Shown one piece after another: positions 10,340 to 23,358 of a stretch of 63,792 nt of DNA. The stretch is from Paramoeba atlantica. Lineage: Eukaryota; Protista; Discosea. The translations under genes were made by a program, and so were the position numbers. Numbering within the stretch: the first letter of the stretch is position 1; every line of letters begins with the position of its first letter. The notes below the pieces were generated by a model. The model did not search any database. It was not told where the DNA came from and saw nothing but the letters and a program-made list of their open reading frames with translations. The DNA lies in assembly GCA_977017575.1 (NCBI GenBank), contig CDRNVI010000086.1, positions 1 through 63,792 of the forward strand, given 5' to 3'.

Positions 10340-10586
10340 ATATGCATGTGAATGTGCTATATGCATGCGAATGTGCTATATGCATTTGAATGTGCTGTTA
10401 TGCATGTGAATGTGCTGTTATGCATGTGAATGTGCCGCTTAGTATGCATTATCAATGTGCAGTAAATATGCATTTGTATGTGCTATATGCACCTGAATGT
10501 GCCATATGCATGTGAATGTGCTAATATGCATCTGAATGTGCTATATGCATTATAAATGTGCCGCTTAGTATGCATTATAAATGTGC
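10340..10586 (+). repeat. 18-20-bp ATGTGCTATATGCAT(TATCA) minisatellite, a component of family X
   Basis: Tandem units; the same array followed by GGGCG recurs at 33640-33690 and 49738-49900. Confidence 0.85.
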
Positions 10587-10589
10587 GGG

Positions 10590-10964
10590 CGGCCACCCGT
10601 AAGGCACGACTTTGCACGTACTCAGCTGAAGAGAGCAGACAGAAGGAAGAGGTGGGAGCTCAAAGTTGGTGTTCTCTGGTATTGGTGCGGTGCTCACTTC
10701 GTTGGTTGGAGTAAGAAGTTCGGGAGAAAGGACCGCGACGGTTTTCGTTCCTTTGGAGCTGTGTGTGTGCGATGATCGTTTGTGGTTGTCGTAGTGGCGC
10801 CCGCATGCAGGTGCATAGAAAACGCCCTTCTCTGTACCACCATTCATTAGGGATGCTGTTACCGTGCAGGCGACATGGTTATAGAAGGCTTGCCAGGATC
10901 TGGCATGCGACGGACTGCGCCATGAACATCCCTGGGCCGGGCACTTTCGGAGCCCGTGGTTCGT
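10590..10964 (-). pseudogene. Probable CRE-2 N-terminal zinc-finger region
   Basis: KCPAQGCSWRSPSHARSWQAFYNHVAC and FYAPACGRHY, upstream of and on the same strand as the CRE-2 RT. Confidence 0.5.
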
Positions 10965-12211
10965 CTGCCTACGCCGCCGCGAGCCCTCTATATCTCTTGG
11001 GTTAAAACCTCCTCATGAATTCTCTCAATCTATTCAAGAAATAGAATCCTTTGCCGCGCACGAGGCTCTTCTCATCGCATTGTCCTACGATGGAGATGTC
11101 ATTTTGCACACGGACTCTGAGTATGTTTGGGATTTCTTTCATGGAGCTATCCATAGGTTCAGATTCATAGGATTTAAATCGTTTGAGGGAGGCGCTATAC
11201 TTCAGAAATTGCAAGAAACATATATTTCGCTAAGAGGGACAAAGCGCTTCTACTGCGTAAAAGTTAAAGCGCATAACGAAAATCCACATAATTATATGGC
11301 AGACTGGGTGGCTAAACAAGCAAGTAAAATAAGCAAGGGATAAAAGGCCTTGAGATTCTACGGCGAGATTCCTCATGAAGACAAGCGCAAAAACCATACC
11401 AATGGTGATTCTAATGGCAGCAAAATGCAGCGCAAACTTAAATCGGTAACCTCTAGCCAAATATGCACCCATGGTGAGCACGTAAAAATATTGCCAAAAA
11501 GTAGGACAGTTAGCAAAGGCAAACATACAGAGATAGAAACGGAAACGAAACGCACAAGATCACAAGAACGCGTACAGTCCAACAACACAAAAAGGCTAAA
11601 ATACATTGAGTCAAAGCAACAGTTGCCTCATGTAGCACGTATTGTTATTAGTGATCGGGTTAAATTTAGAGCTCCGCAAAGAAAGAGGAGTAATCAGTTA
11701 TACCAGGAGAATGATGAGCCAAGCTATTAAAGTCTGGAAACAAAGGGGTCACGTCAAAAAACACCCAGTAAAAGAGAGAACTGCGTCAAAAAGACAGAAA
11801 AGCGTCAGGGGAAAGACGATAGATCGCGAACTAAGAACGTATTACGAACACCAAAGAAATGGTACCCCCCTCATACCCCCCTTGATCGCATTTTCTGAAC
11901 AGGCGAGGGATAGTGTGATAAGGTGGTATGCTGTTGTTTCGCGTGAAAATGTTTTATTAGGTAAACCGTTTGTGCTGAAAATGAAAAGTCGATTTCATAT
12001 CACAATTCTTTGACTAAGTACTGGAACGCCGTCCACCTCGAATGATTAGGATACATGGAAGTTGTTGCAAGATGTTTTTGAAAAGCTTCTGGTGAATATG
12101 TTAGTTTTGTGGACACCGCCAAAGTGATTTATGGGTAGGAGAAATTTGTGAAGCTTTCAACTGGGACATATTAATTTATTATCCCAGTGATGGTTGGTTG
12201 GTTGGTTGGTT
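10965..12211 (+). mobile_element. LINE-a 3' fragment (RNase H C-terminal part, C-terminal extension, (TTGG)n tail)
   Basis: Near-identical to 47724-48972. Confidence 0.9.
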
Positions 12212-12474
12212 ACTTTCGGAGCGCGGCAGACTTTCCTTGGGACAATGAGTTGGGCTCAGCGCGGCTAACGCCAGCGTTTTCAATATTCTGGGTTTCCTAT
12301 CTTCTTCCTGGTTGCTCTTGAGATGGGCCCGGAATAAATTCATTAGGATGCAAGAGTGAAGGTGTCTCTGGGTTTTTTCCCATGGATCAGTATCAACCGT
12401 GTAATGAATTTCCTGGCAAACATCTCAAGTGAGTCAGATCACAGATCTACAAATCAAGGACGATGATTCGTCAC

Positions 12475-12615
12475 AAGAAGAAGAAGATACGGAGGGCTCT
12501 GAAGCGCCAACCGTTAGGGTAGAGTCTCAGGTCGCCGACCTTCGTCATGTTGCTACCCCCCTCCAAGACGGCACTCGACGCCTTGCGGCCCGAGCACGGC
12601 TACCCAACCGTAGCT
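12475..12615 (-). mobile_element. SINE2 3' end with short (CTT)n tail
   Basis: Matches the SINE2 3' region 43230-43360. Confidence 0.8.
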
Positions 12616-12950
12616 AACCCTCTTCTAATAAACCAGATCGAAATGGGCGAGGGAGATACTGCTGTGTTCCCTGCTAAGATAACTGGCTTTTCAGGAACAG
12701 AATGATACGCTGCCCCTTTTATTGCAACCTTTGAATTCTTGCCACTCCGCCACCTCCACTGAGGCAGTGAACGCAGTGTAGATGCAGTGGCGCGTGAGAG
12801 AGCCAGTGACTGCAGTGTAGATGCAGTGGCACGTGCGAGAGTAAGTGCACTGCCACGTGACTGCAGTAATGCAATGTATATGCAGGGGCAAGCTGCACAC
12901 AAGGGTGGCGAGCTGGCCATGTTGTGGAAGGGTGGCCAGCTGGGAGATAG

Positions 12951-13168
12951 CCCAGATTGAAAGGGGCGAGGGAGATACGAAGCAACAGGCGTTGCAGATT
13001 CCCACTGAAAAGAAATGGTATCCCCCCGGAGTTACTTTACTCCGCACGAGTAAAGCCTTTGCGCGTGCTAGCTCGGAGACAAACTTCGTCCAGGGATATA
13101 CCATTTCTTTTCAGTGGGAATCCGCCACGCCTGTTGCTTCGTATCTCCCTCGCCCCTTTCAATCTGGG
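12951..13168. mobile_element. MITE-1 (duplicate of 539-756)
   Basis: Same TIRs. Confidence 0.85.
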
Positions 13169-13245
13169 TTTCTATAAGAACACCATTTTTATAATATGAT
13201 TATAAAAATATTGCGAATGCTTCCGGCGCGTGTAAGGAGACAGAG

Positions 13246-14151
13246 ATGTTTGAAACTCTTACACGAACCAAGCGTGCTCGGGGGGTTCTTTTTCGCCCAC
13301 CACAGCGGAGAGGACCTGCTAAACTTCGCCAGAGGGTGACGCGAGCACTGATAAAGTCAGTTAGAGTCGGATCTCGGCTCCATGTGGTATGGAGGTACTT
13401 CACTAGTGAGAATATGTTCTTAGGTGCGGGGCGCATGCCGCACAAGAAGCACAATCCTGCAAAGTGCTCTGAGCACAAGAAGTGGCACGCATTTTGGACA
13501 GAAAATGTCCTTGAAACGGAAAACACATACCAGTGCAAACTGCTTGGGTGTTCCGAAACACCTCTTGAAAAAGAGGCTATGGCCAAGCATGTAGCACAGC
13601 ATTGCGAAGGAATGCATTTATGTATTCCTTGCAATTACTTTGCTATCTTGCAAGATTTACCGCCAGTCATGGTGGATACGACTCGCGCGAATTCTCTGAA
13701 ACACCGGGAAATGGCGTATCTACATCCTAAACGGGGGTTTCACGTAAGTTTCTCCATTGGATCGTATGTGTGTGCACTCCACGCCATACGTAAGCAAAGT
13801 GTCAAACCTATGATGCGACACATACTCAGTATGGGACACCCTTCACAGGTGCTCCCAACTGATACGAATGTTCCTCTGTGCGAAGTATGTACGTATTTCG
13901 CACAGATTCAAGGAACAACGGGTATTATCCCAGCAGATGAATACCATTTGGTATCAAGTGAGCATACACGTTATGTTCAAACAAAAGTCGACTGGATCGA
14001 ATTCGCCCTCCACTGCGAACAGAACAAGTTCAAGTGCACTTTGTGCGCCACCGAGCAAATGTTCACGTTTAAGGGGCTTCAAAAGCATTTTTACCGCCAT
14101 CCGCGGCATGCTGAAGCTCGGGCTTTTTCGACTTCGAATCACACAAGCTGA
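13246..14151 (+). CDS. Duplicate of the 301-aa chimeric zinc-finger ORF
   Basis: Differs from 834-1739 by S->W and D->A changes. Confidence 0.55.
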   Translation: MFETLTRTKRARGVLFRPPQRRGPAKLRQRVTRALIKSVRVGSRLHVVWRYFTSENMFLGAGRMPHKKHNPAKCSEHKKWHAFWTENVLETENTYQCKLLGCSETPLEKEAMAKHVAQHCEGMHLCIPCNYFAILQDLPPVMVDTTRANSLKHREMAYLHPKRGFHVSFSIGSYVCALHAIRKQSVKPMMRHILSMGHPSQVLPTDTNVPLCEVCTYFAQIQGTTGIIPADEYHLVSSEHTRYVQTKVDWIEFALHCEQNKFKCTLCATEQMFTFKGLQKHFYRHPRHAEARAFSTSNHTS

Positions 14152-14434
14152 GAGTAACAGAGCTCATGCGATGATGAGCTGGAACGTGTGAATCAGTGCT
14201 CCACGCTAACACTCACATCTTTTCAACTGATTGAGAATATTATCATCAATTCACACATTGTTTGTGATGAAACCCTCCAAAACGGTGGAAATAAAAGATG
14301 CTCTATTCAGAGACATCATGATGGACATAACGTCGTTTACGTTAAAGGCAATGGCGATTCTCTCGCCCTGGTATGTCTGACTTCTCCGGGAGATGGGTAG
14401 GGATAAAACCTCAGCTAGCACCAATGCCACAAAT

Positions 14435-14837
14435 GGAGGTGGCGGAGTAGGCCGAGGTGGCGGAGTGGCAAGATTTCAAAGTTTGAAGCACATGGTGCTC
14501 AGACGGCGAGTTCAAAACCGCTCATCTCAATATTCCTGGCGGCCTCACTCTAAGAGGCTGGGCTGATACCCGACTAGTCCCAGTACTCGGAGGACCGTCC
14601 CGGACCCTCCCCTCAGGCAACCAGCTCCCTTACCCGGCTCACACCTCTTGGGTAAGCCGTGTTGACGTACAGCTCGTCGACGCAGCGTGTTGGCAACAGC
14701 ACGTTGGTGCCGCCTTGGACAAGCGGAAACTGGTAGAGGACGTCGGTCTCGGAACTTCCAAATCTGTCTGTGAAGGTTCTGGCTTGCCAGTGACCATCCG
14801 GAGCAATCCGGAATGATTTGGATATTTTTTTTTTGGA
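14435..14837 (+). mobile_element. SINE1 (duplicate)
   Basis: Copy of 2023-2425. Confidence 0.9.
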
Positions 14838-14913
14838 CCTCCGCCCTCTCCACCACCTCCAACCACCGTATTGCCGTACGGTGTTTTGACTATACAGTGA
14901 CATGCCTATACAC

Positions 14914-15296
14914 GGAGGAGGAGTGGAAAGAACTCAAAGTTTGAAGAAAATGGTGCTCAGACGGCGAGTTCAAACCCGCTCATCGCAATATTCCCGGCGG
15001 CCTCACTCTAAGAGGCTGGGCTGATAACCGACTAGGCCCAGTACTCGGAGGACCGTCCCGGACCCTCCCCTCAGGGAACCAGCTCCATTACCCGGCTTAC
15101 ACCTCTTGGGTAAGCCGTGTTGACATAAAGTTCGTCGACGCATCGTGTTGGCAACATCACGTTGGTGCCGCCTTGGACAAGCGGAAACTGGTAGAGGACG
15201 TCGGCCTTGGAACTTCCAAATCTGTCTGTGAAGGGTCTGGCTTGCCAGTGACCATCCGGAGCAATCCGGAATGATTTGGATTTTTTTTTTTTTGGA
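14914..15296 (+). mobile_element. SINE1 (duplicate)
   Basis: Copy of 2502-2883. Confidence 0.9.
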
Positions 15297-15642
15297 TCGG
15301 AGTATTGCTTCGAGGAGTCCAGCCATCGGATGCGTTACTTTACAAGGAAGTTATTGAGGGAGATACTAATCCCTCGCTACCGTAGGTTAATTCGCCGTGC
15401 CCGATTTCGTTCCCGATTTCGAAGACCGTAATACTTCGTACTCCGGAAGAGGCTCAAGTTTTTGTCGGAGATTGTCGCAAAGCTTTTGCCAGTGTTCTCG
15501 ATCTTGGGAGTAAACAAGAGCTTGTTCGAGCGTAATACCTAGATCGTTAAACTTGCCTCACTGGGGGAAATACTTTGTGTTCTTTCTTTAGTATTCCATT
15601 GAACAAGCTCGCGAAAAGCGGTCGAGTGCCTCAGCATGTGGC

Positions 15643-16003
15643 CAAAGTTTGAAGAACATGGTGCTCAGACGGCGAGTTCAAACCCACTCATCGCAATATT
15701 CCTGGCGGCCTCATCCAAAAGAGGCTCGGCTGAGAACCGACTAGGCCCAGTACTCGGAGGACCGTCCCGGACCCTCCCCTCAGGGAACCAGCTCCCTTAC
15801 CCGGCTTACACCTCTTGGGTAAGCCGTGTTGGCGTACAGTTCGTCGACGCAGCGTGTTGGCAACAGCACTTTGGTGCCGCCTTGGAAAAGCGGAAACTGG
15901 TAGAGGACGTCGGCCTCGGAACTTCCAAATCTGTCTGTGAAGGGTCTGGCTTGCTAGTGACCATCCGGAGCAATCCGGAATGATTTGAATTTTTTGGATT
16001 GGA
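15643..16003 (+). mobile_element. SINE1 (duplicate)
   Basis: Copy of 3230-3590. Confidence 0.9.
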
Positions 16004-16039
16004 GTGGGGACGCCAGGAATATTGCGATGAGCAGGTTTG

Positions 16040-16232
16040 ATCCAAAAAATAATAATCCAAATCATTCCGGATTGCTCCGGATGGTCACTGGCAAGGGGGA
16101 CCCTTCACAGATAGATTTGGAAGTTCCGAGGCCGACGTCCTCTACCAATTTTCCGCTTGCCCAAGGCGGCACCAACGTGCTGTTGCCAACACTGCGTCGA
16201 CGAACTGTACGTCAACACGTCTCACCCAAGAA
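16040..16232 (-). mobile_element. SINE1 3' half (duplicate)
   Basis: Copy of 3627-3819. Confidence 0.85.
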
Positions 16233-16443
16233 GTTTTTTTTTTTTTTTGCAATAAATAGGGGGGGAAGAGTAGGAGTTTATAGCAATAATAATAAAAAGA
16301 AGCAATTCATGCCCAATCCATCTGCGCGTTCCGGGCCGGGTCTTTCGACCACTCCTCGGCCTGACTTGTGAACCCTTCCCTTGTTATATGGGAGGGCGCA
16401 GGCGCGGGCTTGTGCCGACAGCGGCACGGTCACGAAACAGGAC

Positions 16444-18663
16444 TTTTTTTTTTGCAATTAATACGGGGGGAGAAGTATAAAATGCGGCATTGCATCTATA
16501 TTTTGACCCAGTAGACGAACCAAGTAGGTCCATTGGGGGGGCGGTATATGATTTATAAACAAGCAATCAAATTAGCAATTTCACTTGTTGTAGCCCAAAA
16601 CTAGCAATTCAACCTGCCTTAAGTTATTTATGATTCTGATAACAATAATAATAAAAATCAGAAGGAAGCAATCCAGGCCCAATCCTTCTCACCTTCCCAG
16701 ACGGCACTCGACGCCTTGCAGCCCGAGCACGGCTACCCAACCGTAGTTACCAGGACGGGCGTCCAACCCCGCATCGTGTAGTGTCTCAAGCCTTCTTTGC
16801 GTAAGCAGCTCGCAATTTAGGGGCTGCGCTGGAGCCTGGTTCAGTTCGGAGGTTCCGGGTCGGTCCTCCAGGGGAGCGGAGTTGGGTTTGGGCCTTGAAG
16901 GCACTCCTGATCGCTTTCCCTTTGTAGTGAGGCCGCCAGGTTGCGAGTTTTGTCGATAGCGGGAATCGGACCAACAACCTGCAGGTTGTAAGGCCCACCG
17001 TCTACCAACTACCCCCAATCAACCATCCGCGCCTTCCAAACTTTGCCCTCCTCTTTCCCTCACTCCCCCCCAAAAATCCATCCGCGCGTGCTCCACTCCT
17101 TCTTCCAACAGTGCGCGCTTCGGACCGGATCTCTAGACCTCTCCATGGCCTGGCTTGGGAACCCTTCCCTTGTTATAAGGGAGGGCGCAGGCGCGGGCAT
17201 GTGCCGACAGCGGCACGGTCACGAAGTTGGGTTTTGATCGCCGGACTCGGATGAATGTTCCGAACCCGTACCTATCTCACATTGGGGTACCTTGCTCGTG
17301 AAAGCGAGGCGTGAGGATAGGCACTGTCGGCTCGATCGGCCTCGGGCCGCTCTGGAGGCTACTCCTCCAGCGTTGCTATGGGGTCTTCGGAAGGTGAACG
17401 AGCAACCATCATGCGCGCTTGAAAGCGCATAAGGTGTGTTTAGTTCAGCGGAGATTCGGCTCGTTGCCTCACCTTCCGAAAGTAGACCCCCCGAGGCGTG
17501 CGAACACCTCTCACCGACTTTGCGGAGCACGGCTGAAGCGCTGGGGCTCTAGGCGCCATAACTTTCGACCATCATGGCCGTAAAGTCGCATCCTGCTTCT
17601 ATGGCTTCTCGGCGCTGCTTGCACTTGCCCATTGAGGAATAATGTTCGGCAAATGACCCCGCGGCAACCCAGCTAGCGTTTCGGACTTTGTCCGTATATT
17701 TTAATTGCTGAGCATGGGTGACCGCGAAGTCAAGCACAATGGGATTTCCAAGAAAAAGGCTGGGCAAGTATATGTTGCCAGGTCTGGTGAGGGCCCAACC
17801 TGGGCCCCTGTTCCCGAGACTCTTTTCTCGTTGAGGGGCGAGGCGGTCTCGACTGCACACGTCCGCGAACTGGTCCGTAACAGCGTTGCGCCTGGTCACA
17901 ATACCATGGCCATGTTTGCAAGACAGTGCATGATCCCCTTTGCTGTCAAGGGGGAGCGAGCATTTCGGCATGGGGAACGTGCTATCTTCATGGTGGATGT
18001 CCACGCCTAACCACCAACGGGCCAAAGTTCGGAATTGTGTGGGGGTAAAGGCGTGCCCAAGGTCTTTCAAAGGAGTCACAAAGGCCCAGCTGCTCGCTCC
18101 CGTGCCACACTGGGAGATCCACCTTGCACTGGTTCGTGCGTCAGTTGTCTCATATTCCTGGGAAAAGGCATGGGCTGCAATAGCATAACTGATTACCCGC
18201 TGGCTCGGGGTCTTCCCTTTGGGCCACTGTGGGGGTAACATTTCCTGGCATTCTTCAGAACCGTAGAGGGGAGTCGAGAGTCGGTAGGCATCCGTGGGTG
18301 TGTTGGCCGCGCGGGAAGTCGTACGAAGAACATGTCCCGGAGGCTCGTCCGGGGGGGGAGGATCATTCCCTGGCGGAGGGTGCCTTCTCTTCCGGTAGGA
18401 GTACGGCGCGCTCAGGGCCTTCTCGCATGGGGCGTTGGGAGTTGTGAGAACACGACCCCTGGGATCGAGGAGAGCAGTGCCGGCCGTCTGATTGATGTCG
18501 AGGAAGGCCTCCGAGAAACCTTCAGCGTCTTCGGGATCCCAGGAATCTTTGTCAGAGGCAAAGGCGACGGATGCAACGTAAGCCGCGGAAGCGTGGAGAG
18601 CTTCGGATCTCAGACCTAATCCCCCATGGCGCTTCAGCCGCTGTGCTTGAGATTGTGCTGACC
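16444..18663 (-). mobile_element. CRE-2 3' part (duplicate; contains SINE2 at ~16692-17013)
   Basis: Copy of 4031-6250. Confidence 0.85.
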
Positions 18664-18712
18664 TGTACAGAGGACAGATGATTGCCTCTTTTGAGACTAG
18701 GTATTGACGTCC

Positions 18713-21700
18713 TGCATCCCTAACGTTTGTTCAAAATTTCCATTGTACAATTCTTTTTTGACCTTCTTGATTGTTTTGTGCACCAATTATTTAATGTTAG
18801 TGTTTTCTGAAGAACTTTATGATCCAATAGTACCTTGACAATGGAATTTGGAGTATGCCAGACGCGTAAGTTTAAACTTTAATATAATAAAATAAAATAT
18901 CATTTCTTCTTTCAGTTAATGAAAATTCGTAACCAATTCGTAATCTTTACGGATTCTTTACGATTGCAGTGAACCCAGCCACGATGCTCAGGGTAGATAG
19001 TCGCGCAGTTGCGCAACTATTGTATATGCATTAAGCTTTTCAATCTCAAGTTGAAAAGCTTCTAGTACTTCAGGGACTTAAAGTTCGGCTTTCTTTGCTA
19101 GACAGGAAAGGAGATTTTTCGTATGGCTGTGTAAGAAACCGCCTTCTGTCATGGAGATGCAGCGAAAAAAGTCTTCATTAATCCCCTCTTCTCAACGTAT
19201 TTCTTCTGCTTTCTCTCAATAGCATTTTGCAGGAGCTGAGCTTCTGTCATTTTTCGATAGCTCGGGCTACCGGTGCGGACAACTGTGAGGTCGTAAAGTA
19301 CTTCACCCGTATGGGGCCACATAATTCCGAGGTCGGGGCCTGACCTTATTCTTCGTGCGCGGCACGGATGGTTATCAATCGCATCAGCGGAGACGTGTGC
19401 CTTGCACTTGATAGAAGGATGAATAAGTGCGAGGTTCTATGACGGACTGGAGGCCTGCTTTTGAGCAAAGTTCGGCTAGAAAGCGCACTAGAGATGAGTG
19501 TTTTCGTGTAGCGTTCATTCCAGAACACTTTGTACAACCCACAATGTGGTGAAGGATTTCCTCTGATTTTATCTGAGCAGCGCATCCAGGGCAACTCACT
19601 TGATCCGGCAACGAAGGCGGTTTGATGCCTAATCTAAACATGATAGCGTATCTGAAAAGGTAAGGATTAACGTATCCGCTAGTTGAAGGAAGATGTCGAA
19701 AGGCAGTCGTTCTGCGTTTTAGTATGGAGTCTATTCTGCTATCCTTACGTAACTCGGTGGCTAATAGTTTTTGTTCTGTCTTCATAGCTTTTGATGCTTG
19801 AATTCTGGCTGTCTGATGCTTGGCTGTGCGGCTTGAGCTTCCATTATCATCGGGAATGCCTCCTTTCGATTTGCGCAAAACTACCGGAGCTTTATTGGAT
19901 AGTGTTCGCTCATCAATCGATTTGCGCGCGGTGTCGAAAAAGAAACGATGTCTTAATGTTGACGGTGTCAAACCAAGTCCTCCTAGGTGTTGTGGGAGTG
20001 ACGATAGCTTGATCAGCAAATAGGATTGATCAGAGATAGGATCAGCAAAGAACCAGTGCGACACAATATCATTAACTTGTTCATCAAATTTTTGGGCCAT
20101 AAGAAGCGAGTCTTCTGGACGGTGTACACTCAGGTGATAATCATGACGTGGGAGCGCACAGCGTTGCAGTACAGCCAGTGAAATGTTGCTGGGCCCCATT
20201 CGACGAAGCCTACGGAACAGGCATTGGGGCTTCTTTAGTTTTTTGACCAGAAGTGAGCTGACCTCTTGGTGATCCCCGATGTGGGCTCCAAGGATTTTGA
20301 TTGTCTTGTCAGAATGCGTGACGCCTAGGGAGCGAAGAGCATCAGGATGGCTGTTCCGATTCTTACTGCTCTCAGCGTTGAACCATTCTGATTTTGAATA
20401 ATTTATGTGCAGGCCAAGGTCAGTGGATAGCTCTCTGAGATGTAAGAACGCGGCTTCCAGTGAGATGCGATTTTTTGAGGACAATGTAACGTCACCCATG
20501 GTCCGAGGGATTTCCGTATTCGCAATAAAACATGCGCATAAACGGCTTGAAAACTTTGTGTGCCTGCAGGGATTGAGCAATTGCTGAGAGCTGTGCAGTG
20601 TTATATGCGTTGGTGTAATCTACCGAAAGAATAGTGTGCCCGTTGCTGTAGTCATCAAGAAGCTCGTGAACGATTCCTTCACATGCATTTTTTTCTAAGA
20701 CACCACGTTGCATAGGGTGGAAGAACCTTTTCAACGAGTCTTCATGACGTTGCAGCAGGATTGAGCCACTTATTTTGAGCTTTCAAACAAACAAGCGAAA
20801 GCTAACAACGCCAGACCTACGAAACCCGAGCGGACCGAGGAAGTATCGCGGAGTAGCAGACGGAAGAAAATAGAAACTAGCGACGAAGTTCGTCTCGCAA
20901 AGTAGATCGAAGGAAAATATGCCCGTCACCTGAGCAGGAATGCTCTGAGGACGCAAAAGATGGTGTAGAATAGTAGAGCGATAACTGATAAGTAAGGTCA
21001 AATGCGTCTTCTCTTTCAATTTGAGTGTTTTATGAGAGTATGAATATATTCAGTGTTTCAACCGATTTATCAGTCATATAAGATAAGATAAGATATTTTG
21101 AGCATTGTGTCACCCATCGCTATCGGTCTTACCCCGTTATTCGGCTTTTCTAAGGCGATGATTCTACAACGTGTCAGACGGTTGCGAACTGATGTGCTTA
21201 TTTCTCCGTTGATGACATCTCTAATCATGTGGCACAAACCTGAACAACATTCCACGTCATCAGCCAGTAAGCGGAGGATGTTTTCGCTCAATCCCGTTGG
21301 GCCTGGGGTTCTCCATGCGCGAGTTTGTTTACCGCTGAGCGAACCTCGTCCATCTCGATTACGCCAGCCCGTGGGTATTCTACTGATGACGCAGGTGGTG
21401 GATCACCTGTGGGATGAAGGTCTTTCAATTTTCGCACTTTTTCGTCCACACTGAGTTGGGAGTCTACAGAAACGTTGTCCAGGACTCTGGTTGCTTTACT
21501 TAAATTTCCTGCACGAGCTGCATGGAGAGTATTGAGTTGCGTATTGAGTTGCGTATTGAGCGGCGGTCAACTTCGAGCTCCTTTACCTCCTCTTTGGATA
21601 AAAATACATTTTCCTTGGCATTGGCGCTCTTATGGCTATGCGGGATGCTGTCCCGTCTTTGGATAGCTTTCCGCACGCTTACTAGTGAGTCTCGTGGGGC

Positions 21701-22163
21701 GTTGAGGAATTTTTGCCATAATTTATCTTTTTCTGAGGATAGTTTAAGTCTCGGATAGTCTCTTATAATCGAACGGAAAATAGCTACCACATGCACAGAA
21801 AACGTCGGATCGATCTGGGAGAAAGAAGGCAAAGGCTCTAGGTCACACCCGTGATCTGTGTCGTCCGCATCTTCTGACGCGCATATCGTCGTTGAAACTT
21901 CACAATCTGGAACACGGCTTAGATGAGTTGCTCGGATGCCGAAAACCTTGATTTTCGTCGACTGGGGAAGATAAAGATTTCCAGAGGGCCCGGCTTCGTC
22001 AGGGGCTGGATGGTACGAAATTTTGATGTTCAACGCTTTCTTTCGCAGTTTTCTGGAAACAACTTCACCAATCGATTCGTAGATTCGATTCTGAGAGTTT
22101 CGAAAACACCACCGTACTGCACACGTCGTTCCTTTACCCCAATCCGAGATTTTCCGAAGAACG
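18713..22163 (-). mobile_element. CRE-1 (duplicate; contains the LINE-f insert at 20781-21093)
   Basis: Copy of 6300-9750. Confidence 0.85.
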
Positions 22164-22202
22164 TGGTCGGGAGCTCAAATCCGTGGTCGGGAGCTATGGG
22201 CG

Positions 22203-22663
22203 AGTTTCCTGACGACATGGCCAGGCGACACATGTGAATGACTCTTTCGGCCCCGGATGGCGCTGCCACTCCGTACTGCTTGCCTTCAAAGAGCTCGCTC
22301 GCTTTGGGTCGGATTGCGTTGCATACGGCTTTGCTCGCTAATCGCCGAAGGGTTTCACCGGCAGCGATCGGACGAACATCATTTTCGCCCTCTGATAGGG
22401 CGCATAAACGCGCCCCTGCAAAGTGCGCCTGTACTTCAGAGGGTGCTCTGAAGTACCCAGCTCTGGGTGTTCCCAGCTAGGAGGCGATTTTAGCTTTGTG
22501 AGGGATCGGAGAAAGTCACTTCCGTGTACGAGCAGTGCTGCCTGTAGGTGCTCTGTAGGTGCCTGTAGGTGCTCTGGGCCCTGTAGGTGCTCTGGGCGTA
22601 AGCCCATAGTGCCGGCAGAGGATCTGCGTCGCGCGAGCGACCCCTGATAAATAGGGGGAAGGC
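22203..22663 (-). pseudogene. CRE-2 RT domains 0-2 (duplicate)
   Basis: Copy of 9790-10250. Confidence 0.8.
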
Positions 22664-23358
22664 GGTAGTTGTTTTGGGGGAAATGAGAGGCCGGACGCAC
22701 GGATGGGTCGGCCGGGCCAATGAGCCAATAATATCTACACTAAAATTGAGAAATATGCATGTGAATGTGCTATATGCATTTGAATGTGCTGTTATGCATG
22801 TGAATGTGCTGTTATGCATGTGAATGTGCCGCTTAGTATGCATTATCAATGTGCAGTAAATATGCATTTGTATGTGCTATATGCACCTGAATGTGCCATA
22901 TGCATGTGAATGTGCTAATATGCATCTGAATGTGCTATATGCATTATAAATGTGCCGCTTAGTATGCATTATAAATGTGCGGGCGGCCACCCGTAAGGCA
23001 CGACTTTGCACGTACTCAGCTGAAGAGAGCAGACAGAAGGAAGAGGTGGGAGCTCAAAGTTGGTGTTCTCTGGTATTGGTGCGGTGCTCACTTCGTTGGT
23101 TGGAGTAAGAAGTTCGGGAGAAAGGACCGCGACGGTTTTCGTTCCTTTGGAGCTGTGTGTGTGCGATGATCGTTTGTGGTTGTCGTAGTGGCGCCCGCAT
23201 GCAGGTGCATAGAAAACGCCCTTCTCTGTACCACCATTCATTAGGGATGCTGTTACCGTGCAGGCGACATGGTTATAGAAGGCTTGCCAGGATCTGGCAT
23301 GCGATGGACTGCGCCATGAACATCCCTGGGCCGGGCACTTTCGGAGCCCGTGGTTCGT

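Larger units (their letters stand above)
321..12732. repeat. Tandem segmental duplication, copy 1 (~12.4 kb)
   Basis: Nearly all ORFs recur at offset 12394-12413; CTTT microhomology at 317-320 and 12729-12732. Confidence 0.95.
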
